Below, one piece after another: positions 58,683-64,000 of a stretch of 64,000 nt of DNA. The stretch lies in assembly GCA_002269645.1 (NCBI GenBank), contig NIVC01000910.1, positions 371,498-435,497 on the forward strand, in the 5' to 3' direction. The notes under the pieces are model-generated. The model did not search any database, was not told the origin of the DNA, and worked only from the letters and a program-made list of their open reading frames with translations. Source of the DNA: Macrostomum lignano. Lineage: Eukaryota. How positions within the stretch are numbered: position 1 is the first letter of the stretch; the number at the start of each line of letters is the position of its first letter. The translations under genes and the position numbers were made by a program.

Positions 58683-59741
58683 ATGGATACGGAATTCCTG
58701 AATGTCGTTTGGGTGACAGCAAGCGTTGTGGCTGCCACAGGAACAGGAATCATGTTGCTCGTGTTGCTGTGCAAGACCTCCCAGCGTTGCCGGGCCCGTT
58801 ATCGTCACCGGGAGAAACTCAAGCAGCAGAAGCAGCAACAAATCATGCTACAGCCAGAAGAGAACCCGCCAACAGAGAGACAAAAGCAGCAAAAGCAGCA
58901 AAAGCAGCAGCCGCAACGTCAGCAGCCTCTGCCGCAGCCGGTAGACGTAGGAGATGAAGATGAAGAGGTTGACGGTAGGCGGTCAGTGACCTGCTGTAAT
59001 TGCTTCACCATCAGCGCCGGTTACATTGACGAGCCCACCGGAGGCAGCCGGACCTCCATTTACACGTTTGATGACTTTTTGCAGCGCTCATTCAGCCACA
59101 GCCAGCAGGAGACCACTCAGAGCGGCAGCACCGCCTCGGCGGCGCAAGCGGTGACGTCGGCATCAGCGGCAGCGTCGGCGTCGGCAACGGTCAGTCGGGA
59201 AGGCGAGAATCGGAAAAGTTCGGTGAAGCTGACCCAAAGCCTTGGCCGGTCCTCAGCTAAGGGATCCCGGAAGCGAAGCGGTCTGGCCAGACGCCGAAGC
59301 CTGCAAGCACAAGAGTCAGCAGCCAGGGCTGCCAAAGCATCAAAAGAGCCTGCGCCAATCAAAGAAGGCTCATCGGTTGCGAAAGTTTCAGCCGATGGGC
59401 AGCAGCTTGTCACCGGCGCGGATCCACTTCGCTCGCTGGCCATCGATTTGAGCGACAGCGACTGCGACGACTGCGACCGCGACAACGGCCGGTCAGCTGT
59501 TGGCCGTGCGACGGTCAATGCGGACTTTCTTAGCGTTACAGACCGCCGACAGCCCAGCGGCTTGCTAGAAAAGTACGAAATGGAGTGGCCGCCACGACCT
59601 TCAAACCGACAGAGCCCTCGCAGCAGTCAGATGCAGTTGGACAATTTGAACAATGTGCAGACTAGGGCGACGCCCGGCCGCAGGGGTCACATTATTTTTG
59701 GCCGGGGCAACTCAAGCCTATACTCGGCCGGCCAACTGTGA
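58683..59741 (+). CDS. Intronless orphan protein, 352 aa: N-terminal single TM segment, Q-rich and S/A-rich disordered tail
   Basis: ATG-TGA ORF of 1059 bp in non-repetitive sequence; hydrophobic VVWVTASVVAATGTGIMLLVLL followed by basic CKTSQRCRARYRHREK; no recognisable domain. Confidence 0.6.
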   Translation: MDTEFLNVVWVTASVVAATGTGIMLLVLLCKTSQRCRARYRHREKLKQQKQQQIMLQPEENPPTERQKQQKQQKQQPQRQQPLPQPVDVGDEDEEVDGRRSVTCCNCFTISAGYIDEPTGGSRTSIYTFDDFLQRSFSHSQQETTQSGSTASAAQAVTSASAAASASATVSREGENRKSSVKLTQSLGRSSAKGSRKRSGLARRRSLQAQESAARAAKASKEPAPIKEGSSVAKVSADGQQLVTGADPLRSLAIDLSDSDCDDCDRDNGRSAVGRATVNADFLSVTDRRQPSGLLEKYEMEWPPRPSNRQSPRSSQMQLDNLNNVQTRATPGRRGHIIFGRGNSSLYSAGQL

Positions 59742-62069
59742 ACGTGGGTAAACAGACACGGGTAAAATTGCTTGAATATCAGAGTAGAAGATGCATTCAG
59801 CACCTCGAAATTCAGGATGAGGATCTAGATTGAAACAGATATTTTTATAAAGAAAGTCGACGCAATTGAAACTCTTGGGTTTTTTATTAAAGTCGGACTT
59901 TCATAACAGCAAACAGAGTAGGACTCTATATGAAAAGCTTCATAAGTCTTGTATAGGTCTTTCAGTGTAGTTTTGCGTCATTCATTGTTGACTGCTTGAT
60001 TAAAACGAGGCGTTAGAATTCAGCTCTCTCCCAAACAGCCACCACCTTGCGCGAATGTGTCGAAAGCCAAATGTGTAAATTACTATCTAGCGCAATTTCA
60101 CTACTCCAAGCAATGAAAATGATTCATTCATCAGCGAGAATATTTTTTTAATAGACTACAAATTCTTGATAGCAAGAATATAAAAATGCTTTGTGGTTCA
60201 CTACAAATATAAATTATTACTGCAGTGCCTTCCAGGAGTCGTTTCTATAATGAACTCAGTCGTAGTTGGTTCAGCTCCAGTGTGGTGGCATTGTTTGAAT
60301 GTATGAACTCATTTAAAGTGACAAAGGTCGGAAACACTTTTTAAAACCCGGTTAAACCTGAACCTATTTCTGTTCGGTAGGTGTTCCGTAGATTGGATTG
60401 GTTCATAGAAAAAACTGCATTTTAGGATAAGGTCCAGGACTACGCTGGTACTAGATGGTATCAATAATTAGTGTCAGCCGTCAGGTAAATACTAATTTCT
60501 ACTAGTTCTTCGATAATGACCGTTTCTGGAACCAAAGACTTGAGAAATGAGCTAAAAAACGAGTTTCTCTCTCCGAGTCATTCCACCTCTCGTTGCCACC
60601 GTCTGATCAAAATCGATACTTAAGGGAGCGGTGAAGGTGGCTTTGTCTTGCAGCCACCAGCAGACAGCCAGGGCAACAACTGGCCAGCAAGAGCAGTCGC
60701 TACAGGGGTCATCGCCTACGAGAATTAGTTGTAGAGGGATCCACCCGGCGGATATCCTGACGACCAAAAGGACTTCCCAGAGAAGTGGTGCCGCTCAATG
60801 TTTCCGAAGTGGTGGAAGAAGCAGCCATATTGATGGTAGCTCTAATCGGGCCAGGGGAGACACTCGAAATTCGTATGCTAAAGACACAAAGATATCGAAT
60901 ACTGCAACAACCCAAAGCGAGAAATAGGAACATTTATTACATTCCGGCATGTCTTAGGCAGATGACTCGCTGGTAAAACCGTCTGTTTTTTAAATAAAAC
61001 AAGATGATGCTCGAGACTAGACCAAGGCAGAAATTTTTTATATTAATAAATGGATGTTGTAGCAGCTTGCAGAGTTAAATATTGCGAGTGCATTTTCCGC
61101 AAACAAGCTGTTGGAAGTCATTCAATTTCTAACCCCCGGCCATTGCAATTACTGGGCTTCTCATTTCGAGCCAGATTACATATTACATGCTCATAGAATC
61201 AAGATTAGCTAGGAACTAAATTTATGAAATATGGTACGCTTCATGCGTGTGATCCCAAATTGATTTTTATCTTACTCAAACCATGGAAAATTGATATCGA
61301 ATATACATGCTGATACTACTATGTTGTTTGCACACTTGAGTTCGGAAGACCTGGACTAAAGTGGTTTGAATAGACAAGAGAGAGTAGCTATAGTAGCAGC
61401 TTAGGTGCAGTTGCTGTACAACAGAAGCGCTTAGAGTGGTCAAATCTCTATGTATAAGATTGACCCGTTCACTAAAGAGTGGAATTTTTAGCAATTTGAC
61501 AGGAAAGACTTGGGCGAGAAAAACGTTGAAAAGGTGAAAAGAAGTGAAATTAGCCAGGGAGGTGACAGTTGAAGAAATAAATGGGAGCGCTGATATTAAA
61601 GTGAGAAAGAACAGAAGAATACAGACAGAAAGTGTGTTGGGAAGCGTTAAAGCGAGGCTACTTCGCGCCAACTGCGGAAGCAAACAGTGCAAAAACGAAT
61701 TGCCTAAGCGCCCCCCAAAAAACAGGTGTTCCGTGCGGGCTCGTCCCCGCCACCGCTTTCTCCCGACCAAATAAGCGGGGATTTAACGCCATAGGAACTT
61801 ATCACAGCTTTTTAGTTGTGTTGGAAGCATTCGCCTCTTGTCTATGCTTTGCTAGCGGTAGTTTCACTGGCTTCTATTATATGTAGCCGCTGATCCGCAA
61901 CTACGAGCGTAAACTCTGATTTTGGTTACGAGCGTAGCTCACCCGAAACACAGCCTAAAAACAGTCTGACTTGTTAACCATGGGTCAGTAACAAAAAATC
62001 CTCTATCTCAAGAAAAGGGAACCAGTCTCTGGTTTAAGAAATAATCAAAGAAGCAAGAGACTCGGCAGC

Positions 62070-62689
62070 ATGGTGATGGACATTGGACTATTCGGCACGT
62101 TGCGCAAGCTAAAGGTCACCAGTTCGAGCCTTCGAGTCGATGATGATTTTTCTGATCGACTAAATCATCACTACAGCGGCATACTCCTGCTTATATTTAC
62201 GTTCATCATTTCGGCAAAGCAGTACGTCGGTAAGGCTCTCCTCGTACTCGAACACGTAAATATACTAAGCAAGAATCAGATTATCATCTACATTATCACT
62301 CTTACAGGCCAGCCACTGCAATGCTGGGTACCGGCCACCTACACCAAAGCCATGGAGCAGTACGCCGAGAACTACTGCTGGGTTCAGAATACCTACTATG
62401 TGCCGTTCGACTCAGGCGTCCCCAAAGAGCACTCCGAGCGGCGGGACCGCAAAATCGGCTACTACCAGTGGGTGCCGTTTGTTCTGGCCTGCGAAGCGTT
62501 GCTTTTCTACCTGCCCTGCATCCTTTGGAGGCTGCTTAACTGGCAGACTGGCGTCAACTTCCGTGCCCTCAGCCGAATGGCCTTGGAGGCGCAGAGTCTC
62601 GCCCAAGCCGAAGTTCGAGCCCGGGCAGTTCACAGCATGGCGAGTCACGTGCACGACTCGATTACTCTGTGTGGCAGCAGACCGAAAAA
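62070..62689 (+). CDS. inx: Innexin (gap-junction protein), first two coding exons; the rest is not found in the window
   Basis: Exon 62070-62229, 78-bp intron, exon 62308-62689 (GTAATT donor); motifs DDDFSDRLNH, KQYVG-QPLQCWVP, YAENYCWVQNTY, IGYYQWVPFVL, LFYLPCILWR. Confidence 0.93.
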
Positions 62690-63125
62690 GTAATTCTGTG
62701 AATGGAGTTACCAATTACTCTATGAAGATACTGTCTCGCCTAAGTCTTCAGAATCTTTCTATGAACAGCTAAAGCAGAAGGATACTACAATCGTAAATCG
62801 TTAATATTTCACTGTAGGCCTGTTTTCGCTGCAAAATGCATTACCGAATTTTCAGCGCTAACTCGACAATATCTCAAATGAAGCAAGTATGCACTTTATT
62901 AGAAACGAAAATCAAGGATCATTTTAGTAGAATACAGTTGCCCTTGACGAAAATATAGACCGGAATACAAGCACAAAGTTTTGGCGATTGCCAATGCCAA
63001 AACCCCATTGAACGTTATTTGGTTATGAGAAAAGGATAATCTCTTGTATTCTGTGTACTGTCGATTTTAAATCTTCAATATATATGTTGCTTATTTTGAC
63101 GACATACTTGCTTCATTTAAGACTC

Positions 63126-63436
63126 TAATAATAATAATAATAGTTTATAACACCTGCCCTAATAGGCAGATGTGCAACCGAGAGCTCAGCCGCAGCTAAT
63201 GCACGGCGCATCTGAAGGCTTCGTACGGCTGTTCAGTCCAAGGACTGAGGGGGGGATCACCACACACACCCTCAATTAACCCAGCTAACGCTGGTACCCA
63301 TTCTACAGCTGGGTGAACTGAAGCGATTCAGAGTTAAGTGTCTTGCTCAAGAACACAGATTGTTCAGCTTGGATTGAGAATCGAACCCCCGACCTTCAAG
63401 TCGTGAGTCCGACGCTCTAACCACTAGTCTACAGCC
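63126..63436 (-). mobile_element. tRNA-derived SINE with CORE-like central domain and (TTA)n tail
   Basis: Minus strand A-box TAGTGGTTAGA and B-box GGGTTCGATTC; plus-strand CCCATTCTACAGCTGGGTGAACTGAAGCG...GAGTTAAGTGTCTTGCTCAAGAACACAG resembles the MIR/CORE antisense consensus; (TAA)n at 63126-63142. Confidence 0.75.
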
Positions 63437-63910
63437 CCATCTACTAGGCTAAAACCCCATCTACTAGGCTAAAACCCCATCTACTAGCTAAAACCCCCTC
63501 TACTAGGCTACAACCCCCTCTACTAGGCTAAAACCCCCTCTACTAGGCTACAACCCCCTCTACTAGGCTACAACCCCCTCTACTAGGCTACAACCCCCTC
63601 TACTAGGCTACAACCCCCTCTACTAGGCTACAACCCCCTCTACTAGGCTACAACCGCTCTACTAGGCTACAACCGCTCTACTAGGCTACAACCGCTCTAC
63701 TAGGCTACAACCCCCTCTACTAGGCTACAACCCCTCTACTAGGCTACAACCCCCTCTACTAGGCTACAACCGCTCTACTAGGCTACAACCGCTTTACTAG
63801 GCTACAACCGCTCTACTAGGCTAAAACCCCATCTACTAGGCTACAACCCCCTCTACTAGGCTACAACCCCCTCTACTAGGCTACAACCCCTCTACTAGGC
63901 TACAACCCCC
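63435..63910. repeat. 19/20-bp minisatellite (CCCCTCTACTAGGCTACAA)n in an innexin intron
   Basis: ~24 units abutting the SINE 5' end. Confidence 0.95.
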
Positions 63911-64000
63911 TTTATATCTCTCAGAAGGTGAGATACGAGCATATTGTCAATGTACTCGTAGTGCTAAAAACTGACAACTTTTTTTGCAGCGAAAACTGAC

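Noticed and set aside
60550-60976. Short ORFs suggesting a PDZ- or chromodomain-like fragment
   Set aside because: Stops and frame changes, with no convincing conserved residues or splice sites.

Overview
Eukaryotic, repeat-rich invertebrate genomic DNA: GT-AG introns plus an innexin gene. The GC-rich coding exons and minisatellite-packed introns suggest a free-living flatworm such as Macrostomum, but this is inference only. Host genes reconstructed by eye are: (1) a 16-exon dipeptidyl-peptidase-IV family (S9B) gene on + (9895-29181) with an intact catalytic triad, whose N-terminal anchor exon was not found; (2) an EPS15-like endocytic adaptor on - (31326-35658) with 3 EH domains, a coiled coil, DPF repeats, UIMs and two probable 5' microexons; (3) an intronless orphan single-pass membrane ORF (58683-59741); (4) the 5' part of an innexin (from 62070). 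Mobile and repetitive content includes: a 3.85-kb foldback-type palindromic element whose arms carry 151-bp tandem repeats, with a nested 340-bp solo-LTR-like insertion; an RT-deleted Penelope-like element with a hammerhead-like motif beside a (TATC)n tract; a TA-flanked MITE; a decayed spliced CxxH-type transposase of unclear family; a decayed ZSWIM3-like MULE with SWIM and PHD fingers; two tandem tRNA-Leu primer-binding sites; and tRNA-derived SINEs. A different minisatellite occupies every large intron of the DPP-IV gene. All analysis was manual and no database searches were run.
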